DNA of 64,000 nt from Nitrospiraceae bacterium. Lineage in GTDB: Bacteria > Nitrospirota > Nitrospiria > Nitrospirales > UBA2166. The notes below the pieces were generated by a model. The model made no database searches, was not told the origin of the DNA, and saw only the letters and a program-made list of their open reading frames with translations. Where the stretch lies: the NCBI GenBank assembly GCA_002726235.1, contig PBSN01000008.1, positions 164,643 to 228,642 on the forward strand. Direction: 5' to 3'. This document shows positions 19,862-30,480 of the stretch, one piece after another (position 1 is the first letter of the stretch; each line of letters starts with the position of its first letter). A program made the translations under genes and the position numbers.

Positions 19862-19890
19862 TTGACCATGGAAGATGCTCGTGCGATAAT
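19862..19890 (+). promoter_or_regulatory. Putative promoter of the ilv-leu operon
   Basis: TTGACC, 17 nt spacer, TGn-extended GATAAT. Confidence 0.55.
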
Positions 19891-19963
19891 CGCTGTTAAT
19901 TTTTGGCAGAATTCAAAAGGAGTTACGTGTAAATTGTTCAAGGCCGGGAGGTAGGTTCGAGCA

Positions 19964-21742
19964 GTGATGATGAATGGCTCTAAAATCTTTATTGAGGCCC
20001 TCAAATGCGAAGGGGTTGATGTCATCTTTGGTCTCCCTGGGGGAGTTGTGTTAAAGATTTTTGATGAGTTGCATCAACAGAGTGACATTCAGGTAGTTGT
20101 TACCCGCCACGAACAAGGAGCTGGCCATATGGCTGAAGGTTATGCCAAAGCGACGGGACGACCTGGTATCGTGCTGGTAACCTCCGGTCCGGGGATGACT
20201 AACATTGTCACTCCACTTGCCGATGCCTATATGGATTCTGTGCCCATCATTGTTTTTACTGGTCAGGTGTCAACACAGTTGATAGGGAACGATGCCTTCC
20301 AAGAAGCGGATAATCTTGGCATTAGCCGTCCGTGCACAAAACATAATTTCCTCGTGCGGGATGTCAAAGATCTCGCTCGAACGATTCGAGAAGCTTTCCA
20401 TATCGCGACCACAGGTCGTCCGGGTCCTGTGCTTGTTGATATCCCGAAAGACGTGTCGATTAACACGGCGGAGTTTAAATATCCAAAGAAGGTCAATCTT
20501 CGCGGCTATAACCCTAATCATTGTGGTGATAAAACGCAGGTGACACGCGCGGCCGAAGCGATTTCTCAGGCGAAACGCCCAATTATTTACGTGGGTGGGG
20601 GCGCAGTATTCTCAAATGCTGCCGATGAAGTTAAAGCACTCGCGGAGATTGGGAATATTCCGGTTGACATGACCCTCATGGGATTGGGAGTGTTTCCAGC
20701 AACTCATCCACTCTCGCTTGGGATGTTGGGGATGCACGGTTCGTATACCGCGAATATGGCAATTCATCATGCCGATTTGGTCATTGCGGTTGGATCGCGA
20801 TTTGATGACCGAGTCACCGGTAAAACGTCTGAGTTTTGTCCTAAGGCGAAAATCATTCATATCGATATTGATCCAACCTCTATCCGTAAGGTTCGGGATA
20901 TTGAGGTCCATATTCCCATCCTCGGAGATGTCAAGGCCGTCCTGATGGAACTGACTCAGGCGTTAAAAGTCAGCATTGATGGGCGTAAAAAAGATCTTCG
21001 TGAACCTTGGTGGAATCAGTTGCGTGACTGGATGGACCGATATCCGCTGACCTATGCGCAATCTGACGATGAGGCAATCAAGCCACAGTATGTTATTGAT
21101 CGACTCTACCGACTGACCACGGATAACGATCCTATCGTCTCAACTGATGTTGGCCAGCATCAAATGTGGGCGGCACAGTATTTTAAACTAGAGCATCCGC
21201 GGCGATGGTTGACCTCTGGAGGATTAGGAACTATGGGATTCGGATTTCCTGCGGCCATGGGGGCGCAGCGGGCGTATCCTGGCCGTCTTGTTTTGTGCGT
21301 TTCTGGCGATGGAAGTTTCCAGATGAATCTCCAAGAGCTCGCTACGGCTGTTCTGTACAAGCTTCCCGTGAAAGTCGCGATCATCAATAACCACTATCAT
21401 GGTATGGTGCGCCAATGGCAGGATCTTTTTTATGAGGGAAGATATGCCTCCAGCTATCTTTCCGGTCTCCCTGATTATGTGAAGCTTGCGGAGGCATATG
21501 GTGCGCTTGGTCTGCGGGCAACCTCTCCGTCAGATGTTGATGCGGTGATTCAGGAGGCGGTACATATGGATGGTCCAGTCCTGATGGACTTTGAGGTCAG
21601 TCGGTCAGAGAATTGCTACCCGATGATTCCTGCTGGAGGGGCAAACAATGAAATGCTTCTTCAAGATCCGCCACATCTTTCTCCGGCTACAAAGTCGCTG
21701 GTGGGAGTGTCGGATGACAGTGATTCAGTCTTGACAGCTTGA
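19964..21742 (+). CDS. ilvB: Acetolactate synthase large subunit
   Basis: RHEQGAGH, TSGPG, DVGQHQMWAAQ, SGGLGTMGFG, GDGS TPP motif. Confidence 0.97.
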   Translation: MMMNGSKIFIEALKCEGVDVIFGLPGGVVLKIFDELHQQSDIQVVVTRHEQGAGHMAEGYAKATGRPGIVLVTSGPGMTNIVTPLADAYMDSVPIIVFTGQVSTQLIGNDAFQEADNLGISRPCTKHNFLVRDVKDLARTIREAFHIATTGRPGPVLVDIPKDVSINTAEFKYPKKVNLRGYNPNHCGDKTQVTRAAEAISQAKRPIIYVGGGAVFSNAADEVKALAEIGNIPVDMTLMGLGVFPATHPLSLGMLGMHGSYTANMAIHHADLVIAVGSRFDDRVTGKTSEFCPKAKIIHIDIDPTSIRKVRDIEVHIPILGDVKAVLMELTQALKVSIDGRKKDLREPWWNQLRDWMDRYPLTYAQSDDEAIKPQYVIDRLYRLTTDNDPIVSTDVGQHQMWAAQYFKLEHPRRWLTSGGLGTMGFGFPAAMGAQRAYPGRLVLCVSGDGSFQMNLQELATAVLYKLPVKVAIINNHYHGMVRQWQDLFYEGRYASSYLSGLPDYVKLAEAYGALGLRATSPSDVDAVIQEAVHMDGPVLMDFEVSRSENCYPMIPAGGANNEMLLQDPPHLSPATKSLVGVSDDSDSVLTA

Positions 21743-21785
21743 GCCTGAGGCTCACCACATTACATCAATAATAAGAGGAGAGGTT

Positions 21786-22313
21786 GTGAGCGTCGAGAGC
21801 GTTGAGCGGGAACATATTGTTTCTATGCGAGTTGAAAATCGCTCTGGTGTTCTTGCGCGTGTCGCAGGTTTATTCAGTGGACGTGGGTATAACATTGAGA
21901 GTTTGACCGTAGCTCCAACATTGGACCCAACGATTTCGATGATGACGATCGTTACCAAAGGGGATGACCTAATCATCGAGCAGATTCTTAAACAACTGAA
22001 CAAGCTGGTCGAAGCTATTTCTGTTGTTGACCTGACGGAGCGCGCGTATATTGATCGTGATATGGCCATCATAAAAGTGAAAACCACGCTCGAAACTCGC
22101 GCGGAGGTGTTTCGAATCGCAGAGATTTTTAGGGCTCGTGTGATCGATTCGACTAACACGATGTACACTTTGGAGGTGACAGGGACGGGACGGAAAATTG
22201 AAGCGATGATCTATCAATTGGAATCTCTTGGTATTGAGGAACTCGTTCGTGCAGGTCACATTGCCGTTGCGCGGGAACCTTATGGGGCAGACACCGATAG
22301 AAGGAGTGAATAA
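21786..22313 (+). CDS. ilvN: Acetolactate synthase small subunit
   Basis: ENRSGVLARVAGLFSGRGYNIESL ACT domain. Confidence 0.96.
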   Translation: MSVESVEREHIVSMRVENRSGVLARVAGLFSGRGYNIESLTVAPTLDPTISMMTIVTKGDDLIIEQILKQLNKLVEAISVVDLTERAYIDRDMAIIKVKTTLETRAEVFRIAEIFRARVIDSTNTMYTLEVTGTGRKIEAMIYQLESLGIEELVRAGHIAVAREPYGADTDRRSE

Positions 22314-22316
22314 ATC

Positions 22317-23330
22317 ATGGAAGTCTTCTATGACAAAGACGCCGACCTACAGAATTTACGCGGAAAAACCATCGCGGTTCTTGGCTATGGTAGTCAAGGA
22401 CATGCGCACGCTCTCAATTTGAAAGACAGCGGTATGGATGTGATTGTCGGTATACGCCCTGGCACTTCCTGGGACAAGGCGGAGAAATGTGGACTCAAAG
22501 CCATGCCAACAGCAGACGCCGTTGGTGCGGCAAGTATTGTGATGGTGTTAGTTCCTGACGAAGTGCAGTCGAAGTTGTATTTAGACGCAATTGCTCCGAA
22601 CATTCAATCTGGTAGCTACCTTGCGTTTGGGCATGGATTTAACATTCACTTTGGACAGATTGTTCCTCCTTCCCATGTGAACGTGTTCATGGTTGCACCG
22701 AAGGCTCCGGGTCATCTGGTTCGCTCCTCATACACCAAAGGTGGTGGAGTTCCGATGTTATTGGCAGTGCATCAGGATCCAAATGGTGATACTGAAGCAA
22801 TCGGCTTGGCCTATGCATCAGCGATTGGTGGAGGGCGTGCAGGGATTCTGAAGACGGATTTTCGTGAAGAGACGGAAACTGATCTCTTTGGTGAACAGGT
22901 TGTACTTTGCGGCGGCTTGACGGCTCTTATTCAGCAAGCCTTTGAGACTTTAGTTGAAGCTGGATACGCTCCTGAGATGGCTTATTTTGAATGTCTGCAT
23001 GAAGTAAAACTTATCGTCGATCTTATTTACGAAGGCGGCATCTCAAATATGCGCTATTCCGTTAGTACGACTGCTAAGTACGGCGATATCACTCGCGGCC
23101 CACGAATTGTGACGGAAAAAACACGCAAAGAGATGCGTGCAATTCTTCGAGAAATTCAAAGTGGTGCGTTTGCTCGCGAGTGGATTCTTGAGAATCAGGC
23201 GAATCGACCAGTGTATAACGCTCTTCTCAAAAAGGGTGAACGTCATCCGATTGAAGAAGTTGGAACGAAGCTCCGAGGGATGATGCCTTGGCTACAGCAG
23301 GGAGCGCTTGTCGATCGTACGAAAAATTAG
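22317..23330 (+). CDS. ilvC: Ketol-acid reductoisomerase
   Basis: [36 protein letters not shown]. Confidence 0.98.
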   Translation: MEVFYDKDADLQNLRGKTIAVLGYGSQGHAHALNLKDSGMDVIVGIRPGTSWDKAEKCGLKAMPTADAVGAASIVMVLVPDEVQSKLYLDAIAPNIQSGSYLAFGHGFNIHFGQIVPPSHVNVFMVAPKAPGHLVRSSYTKGGGVPMLLAVHQDPNGDTEAIGLAYASAIGGGRAGILKTDFREETETDLFGEQVVLCGGLTALIQQAFETLVEAGYAPEMAYFECLHEVKLIVDLIYEGGISNMRYSVSTTAKYGDITRGPRIVTEKTRKEMRAILREIQSGAFAREWILENQANRPVYNALLKKGERHPIEEVGTKLRGMMPWLQQGALVDRTKN

Positions 23331-23366
23331 CCAAAGCAAACGATTGATCTTTGCAATAGCCGGCTG

Positions 23367-24005
23367 ATGCGGAACTTTCCTATAGCACCCGAGGCCTCTC
23401 CATTTGTTCTGCTCCTAGGGACTCTTGCTATAGGAGCATGGTTTCTTGGTTTTAAGATTGCGAGCCTCATTCTCACAATTCTCGGAGGCTGGGTGTTGTG
23501 GTTTTTTCGCAATCCTACACGAACGATTCCTGACGCTCCACGTTCAATTGTTTCACCGGCTGATGGGAGAGTGATGGAAATTCACGAGGAGGAGGAGAGG
23601 GAATATTGTAAAGAACGTGTAATACGCGTGAGCATCTTTTTAAATATTTTCAATGTGCATATTAATCGGATCCCTTTTACCGGGGAGATAATGAAAACTG
23701 GATTTATCCCCGGCCGATATTTACCTGCAATGAAACCAGCGGCATCTCAGCTGAATCATCGACACGCCATTCTCATTCGAACCTCAACAGGGCGACAGAT
23801 GCTGGTTGTTCAGATTGTGGGATTGATTGCACGACGTATTCGCTGTTGGGTCAAAATAGGAGATCAGGTGACGCGCGGGGATCGATTTGGCCTTATCCAA
23901 TTTGGGTCTCGCGTGGATATTTTTTTGCCGTTGGATGTGAATCTTCGGGTGCAGGTTGGAGATCACGTCAAGGGGGGCAGTTCAATTCTTGGAGAATTTT
24001 CATGA
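23367..24005 (+). CDS. psd: Phosphatidylserine decarboxylase proenzyme
   Basis: FFRNP, SPADG, HINRIP, FGSRVD self-cleavage motif. Confidence 0.94.
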   Translation: MRNFPIAPEASPFVLLLGTLAIGAWFLGFKIASLILTILGGWVLWFFRNPTRTIPDAPRSIVSPADGRVMEIHEEEEREYCKERVIRVSIFLNIFNVHINRIPFTGEIMKTGFIPGRYLPAMKPAASQLNHRHAILIRTSTGRQMLVVQIVGLIARRIRCWVKIGDQVTRGDRFGLIQFGSRVDIFLPLDVNLRVQVGDHVKGGSSILGEFS

Positions 24006-24760
24006 GAGCAAGGGGTAGTATTCTGTATCTTCTTCCAAGCCTTTTGACAACAGGCAATTTGTTTGCCGGTCTCTACGCCATTATTGCGGTCATGAATGCC
24101 AACTATATGTTTGCAGCCATCGCTCTCCTCATTGCCCTGATCTTTGATGGACTTGATGGAAAATTTGCGCGGATGACCAACACCACGAGTCGGTTTGGTC
24201 TGGAATATGATTCCTTGGTTGATGTGGTGTCATTTGGTGTTGCGCCTGGTATTTTGATCTATTCGTGGGCCCTCAGTGCACGAGGAATGTTTGGGTCTGC
24301 TGTTGTCTTTGCGTTTGTTGCCTGTGCGGCGCTGAGGCTTGCACGATTTAACGCACAGAGTAGCGGTGATGATAACCGGTTTTTCGTTGGCCTCCCAGTG
24401 CCGGCAGCCGCTGGGGTGATTGCTACTTTGGTGATCTTTGATCACCATATTTTACGATTGGGGAGGGAAGTGAAGCCACTTCTCATTTTGAGTATTACGC
24501 TTATCCTCGCATTTCTGATGGTGAGTGTAATTCGATATCGTAGCTTTAAAGAGTTTGATTTTAAAAAAGGACGTCAATTTAACTATCTCGTGATCGCTGT
24601 CTTAGTGTTGATGCTTGTGTCTGCGGCACCTCAACTAACATTGTTTGTATTGTTTGTTGGATATGCGCTTTCTGGCCCGCTAGAACCGTTAGTTCGCGTG
24701 TTGATGAAAAAGCTAATCGTGCAACCGGTTACACATGATATGGGAGATCCAAAGGAATAG
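24002..24760 (+). CDS. pssA: CDP-diacylglycerol--serine O-phosphatidyltransferase
   Basis: DGLDGKFAR...FGLEYDSLVD, LRLARFN, GLPVP; ATGA overlap with psd. Confidence 0.95.
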   Translation: MRARGSILYLLPSLLTTGNLFAGLYAIIAVMNANYMFAAIALLIALIFDGLDGKFARMTNTTSRFGLEYDSLVDVVSFGVAPGILIYSWALSARGMFGSAVVFAFVACAALRLARFNAQSSGDDNRFFVGLPVPAAAGVIATLVIFDHHILRLGREVKPLLILSITLILAFLMVSVIRYRSFKEFDFKKGRQFNYLVIAVLVLMLVSAAPQLTLFVLFVGYALSGPLEPLVRVLMKKLIVQPVTHDMGDPKE

Positions 24761-24843
24761 TGCGACTACTCGATGTTCAGCAAAAACTGAAGTTTTTAGG
24801 TTGCTGATCCCCGCTCCCTGATCGCTGACCGGCTGGTTGAATT

Positions 24844-26385
24844 ATGCCGCGCCTCATTACAATTTTTGATACTACTTTAAGAGACGGAGAGCAGTCCCCG
24901 GGTGCAAGTATGACCTCTGATGAGAAGTTGATGCTTGCACGGCAACTCGCACGGTTAAATGTTGATGTCATCGAAGCTGGATTTGCGTTTAGTTCACAAA
25001 GTGATTTTGAAGCGCTACAACGGATTGCTGAGGAAGTTGAAGGACCGACGATTTGTAGTTTGGCGCGTGCAAAGCCGGGTGACATTGATCGAGCCTGGGA
25101 AGCAATCAAGGGGGCGCCAAAGCGCAGAATTCATACCTTTCTATCGACTTCTGACATCCATCTGAAGCATCAGTTTAGACTTACAAGGGATGAGGCGCTC
25201 AAGCAGTCTGTGGAAATGGTGCAACGTGCGAAAGGATATATCGATGACGTTGAGTTCTCACCCATGGACGCTACTAGGTCAGACCCTCAATATCTGTATG
25301 ATGTATTGACTGCCGTGGTCGAGGCTGGAGCGACAACTCTCAATATTCCTGATACCGTCGGCTATATCAATCCACAGGAATTTGGAGCGTTAATTCGCGG
25401 GATTCGTGAGAATGTGGATGGGATTGCGGGTGTCGTAATCTCTGTCCACTGCCATAACGATCTTGGTTTGGCGGTTGCAAATTCTCTTGCCGCGGTTGCT
25501 GAGGGTGCTGGGCAGGTGGAATGCACGATCAATGGGATTGGCGAGCGTGCCGGCAATGCTTCTCTTGAGGAAGTCGTAATGGGACTCCGTGTGCGGAGAC
25601 AGTTGTATGATGCAGATACTGCCATAGTCACTGAGGAAATTATGAAGACCAGTAGGCTAGTCAGCAAAACAACGGGGTTGCCAGTTCAGCCAAACAAAGC
25701 CATCGTTGGGGCAAATGCATTTGCCCATACTTCCGGCATTCATCAAGATGGACTGCTGAAAGATGGAACGACCTATGAGATCATGCGACCGCAATCGGTT
25801 GGTCTGCTCCAGAGCCAAATGGTGATGGGAAAGCTCTCTGGCCGGCATGCATTTCGAAACCAGCTCGAGGTGATGGGCTACAGACTTTCGGACGACGAGT
25901 TGTACGCTGCATTTCAAAGGTTTAAGCGTCTTGCAGAGCAGAAGAAAGAAGTTTTTGAGGAGGATATCGAAGCTATTATTTCGGAGGAAGTTCAGAATAT
26001 GCCTTGTTCCTATACGCTGAAGCACCTACGCGTAGAGAGTGGAACCGATATGACACCAACAGCCACAATTGAAATGGAAATCAATGGGACACTTCAGAAG
26101 CATACGGATACAGGGGATGGACCGGTTGATGCTGTGTACCGTACGATTGCGGCGATGGTCAAAACAACGAGTACCTTGACATCCTATGCAGTAAAAGCCA
26201 TTACGGGTGGGATGGACGCGCAGGGTGAAGTGACAGTGAAAATTGAATCTGAGGGGAGAACCGTGACTGGAAATGGGGCCTCAACTGATATTATCATCGC
26301 ATCCGCGCGGGCTTATTTGAATGCCATTAATAAACTTGCCTACTGGAAAGGCAAAACACTCCACGATTTAGAATCCACTGTTTGA
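24844..26385 (+). CDS. leuA: 2-isopropylmalate synthase
   Basis: DTTLRDGEQSPG, HCHNDLG, GERAGN, regulatory domain GDGPVDA. Confidence 0.97.
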   Translation: MPRLITIFDTTLRDGEQSPGASMTSDEKLMLARQLARLNVDVIEAGFAFSSQSDFEALQRIAEEVEGPTICSLARAKPGDIDRAWEAIKGAPKRRIHTFLSTSDIHLKHQFRLTRDEALKQSVEMVQRAKGYIDDVEFSPMDATRSDPQYLYDVLTAVVEAGATTLNIPDTVGYINPQEFGALIRGIRENVDGIAGVVISVHCHNDLGLAVANSLAAVAEGAGQVECTINGIGERAGNASLEEVVMGLRVRRQLYDADTAIVTEEIMKTSRLVSKTTGLPVQPNKAIVGANAFAHTSGIHQDGLLKDGTTYEIMRPQSVGLLQSQMVMGKLSGRHAFRNQLEVMGYRLSDDELYAAFQRFKRLAEQKKEVFEEDIEAIISEEVQNMPCSYTLKHLRVESGTDMTPTATIEMEINGTLQKHTDTGDGPVDAVYRTIAAMVKTTSTLTSYAVKAITGGMDAQGEVTVKIESEGRTVTGNGASTDIIIASARAYLNAINKLAYWKGKTLHDLESTV

Positions 26386-26409
26386 CGGAGCGGGAGGAAG
26401 AACAAACGA

Positions 26410-27486
26410 GTGAAAGCCACGATTGCGACCTTACCTGGTGATGGTGTTGGGCAGGAGATTCTTCCTGCAGCCATCAATGTTTTAGAAGCTATTGCGAAAC
26501 GCTTTGGACATTCATTCGAGTTTGTGCCAGCAATTGTTGGGGGTGCAGCGATTGATGCGACGGGACAACCTCTTCCTGAGGAAACTCTCAACATTGCAAA
26601 GTGCTGTGATTCCGTATTGCTTGGTGCAGTTGGAGGACCAAAGTGGGAGGGCCTTGACTACAGCATACGGCCAGAGCGGGCATTATTGGGGTTGCGAAAA
26701 GAATTAGGCATGTACGGGAATCTCCGGCCCGCGAAACTCTTTCCGATGCTTGCCGATGCGTCGACGATCAAACTTGAGGTCCTCAAGGATCTTGATCTTC
26801 TGGTGGTCAGAGAACTGACAGGGGGAATTTACTTTGGTGAGCCTCGAGGAATCCAAACAACCGAGACAGGCAAGCGAGGAATCAACACAGAAGTCTATAC
26901 AACGGAAGAAATTGTTCGGGTTGCTCGGATTGCTTTTGAAGCTGCACAAAAGAGAAATCAGCATGTGACGTCTGTTGACAAGGCCAATGTTCTTGAATCA
27001 TCAGAGCTATGGAGATCGGTTATTATTGAAGTTCATAAGGACTATTCCGATGTTCGATTGGATCATATGTATGTTGATAATTGCGCAATGCAACTTATAC
27101 GAAATCCACGGCAATTCGATGTCATCGTGACGACAAACCTGTTTGGAGATATTCTGAGCGATGAGGCTGCGATGCTCACGGGGTCTATTGGAATGTTGCC
27201 TTCTGCAAGTCTTGGTGACAAACATGCCATGTATGAACCTGTGCATGGAAGTGCTCCTGATATTGCCGGGCGTGACATCGCAAATCCAATTGCGATGATC
27301 GCATCTTCCGTGATGATGTTGACACATTCGTTTCACCTCGATGCTGAAGCGCAAGCGATTGACGCTGGAATATATAAGGCGCTTGAGCAAGGGTATCGAA
27401 CAAAGGATTTGGAATCACCTAGCTGTATCACAGTTGGGACAAAGGAGATGAGTGGACATATTGTGGCGGCGATTCTGACCTCATAA
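26410..27486 (+). CDS. leuB: 3-isopropylmalate dehydrogenase
   Basis: GDGVGQE, RELTGGIYFG, DKANVL, NLFGDILSDE, EPVHGSAPDIAG. Confidence 0.97.
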   Translation: MKATIATLPGDGVGQEILPAAINVLEAIAKRFGHSFEFVPAIVGGAAIDATGQPLPEETLNIAKCCDSVLLGAVGGPKWEGLDYSIRPERALLGLRKELGMYGNLRPAKLFPMLADASTIKLEVLKDLDLLVVRELTGGIYFGEPRGIQTTETGKRGINTEVYTTEEIVRVARIAFEAAQKRNQHVTSVDKANVLESSELWRSVIIEVHKDYSDVRLDHMYVDNCAMQLIRNPRQFDVIVTTNLFGDILSDEAAMLTGSIGMLPSASLGDKHAMYEPVHGSAPDIAGRDIANPIAMIASSVMMLTHSFHLDAEAQAIDAGIYKALEQGYRTKDLESPSCITVGTKEMSGHIVAAILTS

Positions 27487-27526
27487 TGGGTCAAGTAGCA
27501 AAGCAGGAGAACGTGGGCTATATCGC

Positions 27527-28549
27527 ATGAAGAAGAAAACTGCGTACGCAGTTGCCGTTGTAGGAGCGACGGGTGCTGTGGGCAAGGAGATGATTTCTAT
27601 TCTTGAAGAACGTAGGTTCCCGGTTGATACTCTGCAGTTGTTTGCGTCATCGCGATCTGCAGGTACTAATGTGAGTTTTAACGGTCAGAGTATGACGGTG
27701 ATGGCGTTGGAAGAGAACTCGTTTGCTGGGGTAGATATCGCATTGTTTTCGGCAGGAGCTAGTGTGAGCCGTGAATACGCGTCTAGTGCCGTAAATGCTG
27801 GAGCGGTTGTGATTGACAACAGCTCGGCGTTTCGAATGGATCCAGATATTCCCTTGGTCGTACCTGAGGTGAATCCGGGGCATTTATCTCGCCATCATGG
27901 GATTATCGCGAATCCAAACTGCTCCACTATTCAGATGGTGTGTGTCTTGAAGCCACTGCATGATGTGGCGAGGATTAAGCGAGTTGTCGTAACCACATTT
28001 CAGTCGGTTTCGGGGACTGGTAGCGATGCTATGGCGGAATTGCTTGAGCAATGTAAACATCTGCTTGCATTCCAAGAGGTGAAACCAATCGTTTATCCCC
28101 ATCAGATTGCGTTCAATGTGATTCCGCACATTGAGGATTTTCTGCCAGATGGATATTCCAAGGAAGAGATGAAGCTGGTGAATGAAACGAAAAAGATTAT
28201 GGGCGATGATTCTATTCGCATTGCGGCAACAGCGGCGCGAGTTCCAGTCTATGTTGGACATGCGGAATCGGTTAATGTTGAAACTGATCTCAAAATGACA
28301 CCGGAAGTAGTCCGATCTACCCTTTCAGAGTTTCCTGGAATCCAAGTCTTTGATGATCCTCAGCGAAAAGTCTATCCCATGCCGCTACACGTTGCTGGAA
28401 CCGACAACGTGTTCGTCGGGAGAATTCGAGAAGACCCATCAATAGAGAATGGATTCCATCTCTGGGTTGTCGCTGATAACCTTCGAAAGGGCGCAGCGTT
28501 GAACGCAGTGCAAATTGCAGAGAAGCTTATCGACATACCTGAATCGTAA
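27527..28549 (+). CDS. asd: Aspartate-semialdehyde dehydrogenase
   Basis: GATGAVG, NPNCSTIQ, QSVSGTG, DNLRKGAALN. Confidence 0.97.
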   Translation: MKKKTAYAVAVVGATGAVGKEMISILEERRFPVDTLQLFASSRSAGTNVSFNGQSMTVMALEENSFAGVDIALFSAGASVSREYASSAVNAGAVVIDNSSAFRMDPDIPLVVPEVNPGHLSRHHGIIANPNCSTIQMVCVLKPLHDVARIKRVVVTTFQSVSGTGSDAMAELLEQCKHLLAFQEVKPIVYPHQIAFNVIPHIEDFLPDGYSKEEMKLVNETKKIMGDDSIRIAATAARVPVYVGHAESVNVETDLKMTPEVVRSTLSEFPGIQVFDDPQRKVYPMPLHVAGTDNVFVGRIREDPSIENGFHLWVVADNLRKGAALNAVQIAEKLIDIPES

Positions 28550-28623
28550 GTTGACTGTAATTGCCTAGAACGCTTCGATCGACCGAAATCACCTTGAACG
28601 CAAATCGTCATCGTGGCCTTGCC

Positions 28624-29817
28624 ATGCGACTACCTTTGATGAAATTCAAACGAGCTTTTGGCTCTAAATGTTTTTTTGCGTTCATTGTAAGGACTGCTGT
28701 CCTTATTTTTGTGAGCCTTCTCTCGCCAACAGTAGGTTACGCCGAATCAATTCGCGTAGCGATCTTCGAACGGCAGTTAGGGGTGACCATCTTTGCACCA
28801 GGTGGGGTTCTCCTCAAGGAGCCAGGAGGTCCGTCGTGGCGACAATACACCTCCGAGGCAAAAATCTCCCCCATATCAGGGGGAATCCGGGTTAATACAC
28901 ACCAGTATTCAGTGCAAGTGCTTACGATTAGAGGTAAAACAGGAACGCTGAAAGTCAATGACCTTTGGGTTCGTGGATCGGTCAAAATAATCAAGCGACA
29001 TGGACGCTTTCTTGTCGTTAACAACCTAGACATTGAGGAGTATCTCGTCGGAGTTCTCTTGGGAGAAATTCCATCGGCATGGCCTCTTGAATCTTTGAAA
29101 GTGCAGGCAATTGCATCAAGGACATATGCGCTCTACCAGAGATCAAGAGAGCGATATGAGCATTACGATCTTGTTGCCACGACACTGGATCAAGTTTTTA
29201 CGGGTGCATTATCACCAAACCCGACGGCATTTGAGCGTCGTTCACGAGCAAAAGTTGTCAGAGCTGTGAACGCAACACGAGGACAATTTATGACCTTTAA
29301 CGGACAGCCAATTTTAGCGGCGTTTCACTCAACTGCCGCTGGTCAAACCGAGGATGCCTTGCAGGTATGGTTGGAAGATATTCCTTATCTCACAGGGGTG
29401 GCGTGTCCGTGGGATTATCAGTCGAAGTTCTATGACTGGACACGAGAAATTCAAATTACGACATTAGAACAGCGACTACGAAACCATGGCCATCGGGTTG
29501 GGGTTGTCGCTTCGATTACCCCAATGGTGATGACTAGGTCGGATCGTGTTGGATCACTCAGGATTCTGCACTCAAATGGGGAACTCATAATCCGCGGAGA
29601 ATCATTTCGAAAAGCCGTTGGCTACACCGCGTTATTGAGTACTAACTTTGAGATTGAGCATTTCGGTAAGAACATTGTATTTCGTGGAAAAGGTGCGGGA
29701 CATGGGGTTGGCCTATGCCAATGGGGCGCAAAAGAACTTGCTGAATCCGGCTTCAACATGCATTCCATCCTGCAGTACTACTATCCAGGAGTTAGCATCC
29801 AGCGTCTGCGTCGCTGA
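28624..29817 (+). CDS. SpoIID/LytB-domain peptidoglycan lytic enzyme
   Basis: EEYLVGVLLGE, LKVQAIASRTY, GHGVGLCQWGA, ILQYYYPG; N-terminal signal; start uncertain. Confidence 0.92.
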   Translation: MRLPLMKFKRAFGSKCFFAFIVRTAVLIFVSLLSPTVGYAESIRVAIFERQLGVTIFAPGGVLLKEPGGPSWRQYTSEAKISPISGGIRVNTHQYSVQVLTIRGKTGTLKVNDLWVRGSVKIIKRHGRFLVVNNLDIEEYLVGVLLGEIPSAWPLESLKVQAIASRTYALYQRSRERYEHYDLVATTLDQVFTGALSPNPTAFERRSRAKVVRAVNATRGQFMTFNGQPILAAFHSTAAGQTEDALQVWLEDIPYLTGVACPWDYQSKFYDWTREIQITTLEQRLRNHGHRVGVVASITPMVMTRSDRVGSLRILHSNGELIIRGESFRKAVGYTALLSTNFEIEHFGKNIVFRGKGAGHGVGLCQWGAKELAESGFNMHSILQYYYPGVSIQRLRR

Positions 29818-29844
29818 TCGAGTTTTTTCGAGTTGCGACCTCCT

Positions 29845-30480
29845 TTATTCACGCGGAAGCGCGACTACCACGGAGAAATCAATTTCGACTCCTGGTGAGA
29901 CGAGAAACCCTATTCCATAGGGTTTCTCGTCAGGGTCCATGTTAAAGAAACGAGAGTAATCTTCTGAAGCATCGACGTACTCTGTGATCCATTCGTTTGT
30001 GGGTATTGCTTTGCTTTGGACGACGACTTCATGGGGTCGGAAGAATCCTTCATTGAGTTCTGTTCCTTCTGGATGAGTATTACTCCAAAGATATTTCACG
30101 ATTTTTGGGATGCCGATAATGTCAGTTCCAAGTGATACATACACGGCAACAGTTTTTTCATTGTCGGTGGGCATTGCATGTAGGCGCCATTTCCATGTGA
30201 GGATTGGGTGGGTAAATGGATCCCAAACAGTTTTTTTGAAAATGCGCTGAGGGCGTTGGCCAATCTTGGCTTTGAGATATGGACCGTTTTCATCGTGATG
30301 GACCGCATAGAGGTCTTCTATTGCCGGGTGATCATTGCGACTCTTCCAGGCGTGAGGAAACTCCGAATAGTTCGCAATAACAATGGGTCCGACTTTCGAA
30401 AGTTCATGTTCTGCAGATACCGTTCCTTCTATCGCAAACCAGACAATCAATCCTAAAACAAAAATGCGCATAAGGGTCAT
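29845..30480 (-). CDS. Exported DUF3047-like protein
   Basis: Signal peptide; PILTWKWR, AVYV, KYLWS, W..EYVD..EDY..FF pattern; 4-nt overlap with the pdxA stop. Confidence 0.75.
   Translation of the reverse strand: MTLMRIFVLGLIVWFAIEGTVSAEHELSKVGPIVIANYSEFPHAWKSRNDHPAIEDLYAVHHDENGPYLKAKIGQRPQRIFKKTVWDPFTHPILTWKWRLHAMPTDNEKTVAVYVSLGTDIIGIPKIVKYLWSNTHPEGTELNEGFFRPHEVVVQSKAIPTNEWITEYVDASEDYSRFFNMDPDEKPYGIGFLVSPGVEIDFSVVVALPRE

Noticed and set aside
19627..19963. ilv leader peptide or T-box attenuator; ORF 19699-20025
   Set aside because: No Ile/Leu/Val-rich leader or T-box motif; the promoter candidate leaves only about 70 nt of leader
28561..29817. SpoIID as a sign of sporulation
   Set aside because: The domain is widespread in non-sporulating diderms, and lptE indicates an outer membrane
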